Of a stretch of DNA of 64,000 bases, positions 63,170-64,000 are shown in pieces. Source of the stretch: Antedon mediterranea (lineage: Eukaryota > Animalia > Echinodermata). The stretch is taken from the NCBI RefSeq assembly GCF_964355755.1, contig NC_092672.1, positions 30,882,437 to 30,946,436 on the forward strand. Reading direction: 5' to 3'. The translations under genes were made by a program, and so were the position numbers. The notes beneath the pieces were generated by a model. That model was given only the letters and a program-made list of their open reading frames with translations. It was not told where the DNA came from and did not search any database. Position 1 is the stretch's first letter, and each line of letters opens with the position of its first letter.

Positions 63170-63775
63170 ATATGATGAGTGCGAAAAGAAATACGATGAA
63201 TGCGAAAAGAAATACGATGAGTGCGAAAAGAAATACAACGAGTAAGAAAAGAAATGCGACGAGTACGTAAAGAAATGCGATGAATACGAAAAGAAATGCG
63301 ACGAGTACGTAAAGAAATACGACGAGTACGTAAAGAAATACGACACTAAACAAAGAAGACACGACTAAACTTCGGCTATGGTTGAAAGTTTAAGTCTACT
63401 TTATGTTTTGTAATTATTGACTAAAGAATTATTTTTAAATAACAAAAGTTAACACAGGCAATAGAGTGTCAACGGCACAAATCTTAACTGTCTGTGATTA
63501 ATTTCAGACAATATAATAAAGTGTTCAGTAGAATAGTCTCACGGGCTTGTTCTCCTCAATTTCATACTAGCCCGATAGTATCTCGTAAAATGAACGTCGT
63601 TACCCTTCCATATAAGAAAAGAAATACGACGAGTAAGAAAAGAAATAGGATGAGTACGAAAAGAAATGCGACGAGTATGAAATGAAATGCGGCGATTACG
63701 AAAAGAAATACGAAGAGTACAAAAAGAAATACGACGAGTAAGAACAGAAGTGTACGAACGACGATTACGAAAAAA
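63170..63775. repeat. 21-bp minisatellite (GAGTACGAAAAGAAATACGAC) in two blocks: about 63170-63360 and 63613-63775
   Basis: Imperfect 21-bp units are directly visible. They explain the low-complexity ORFs here. Confidence 0.85.
63539..63612 (-). pseudogene. Truncated 3' fragment of another FReD terminal exon
   Basis: The minus strand reads WKGNDVHFTRYYRASMKLRRTSP*, most like the 42986 exon (WKGNDAGYTKYYRASMKLRR). Homology stops abruptly at the 21-bp repeat. Confidence 0.8.
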
Positions 63776-64000
63776 GAATTAATAATTGTTAAATGATTTT
63801 TTTGCAGAGGACTAAACTTTAAATTAAGAATAGAAGAAGAATTGTCTTCCCATGGGTTTCTTCTTTACTTTCTTGTTATCTTCCTTTAGAGTTTGTTTTG
63901 CGCGCGTATTATCTGTAAGTCTAAGTCAGATGGCCGTAGCAATTGATATTGGCAATTACTAAGGTGCATGCACGATATGTTGATTTACTTGCTGACAGTG

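Noticed and set aside
63135-63362. Hydrophobic ORF resembling a membrane protein
   Set aside because: Artefact of the 21-bp minisatellite.

Overview
AT-rich, intron-containing animal DNA. The repeat content and gene families point to a marine invertebrate, possibly an echinoderm (inference). Left to right: (1) 1-11.3 kb is a repeat-rich region with a minus-strand tandem death-effector-domain (DED) gene, followed by degenerate duplicated units carrying candidate phase-1 micro-exons, a 2.3-kb TIR element, DINE-1/HINE-like elements and a nested LINE. (2) 13.8-20.8 kb holds selenocysteine lyase (SCLY, minus strand, about 13 exons). (3) 21.0-30.1 kb holds NOP2/NSUN1 (plus strand, 16 exons), head-to-head with SCLY and containing a U12-type AT-AC intron (23954-24599). 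(4) 32-64 kb is a minus-strand tandem cluster of secreted PAN/apple + fibrinogen-related-domain (FReD) genes: two intact copies, one copy with a nonsense codon, and one fragment. The best candidate for a novel system is this cluster. Its 5' exons are nearly identical between copies, while the terminal exon encoding the FReD ligand-binding part occurs in three divergent types, and one gene has two intact, same-phase, same-length terminal exons in tandem. Many MITEs, LINE 3' fragments and minisatellites are interspersed. All exon models were read by eye and need RNA support.
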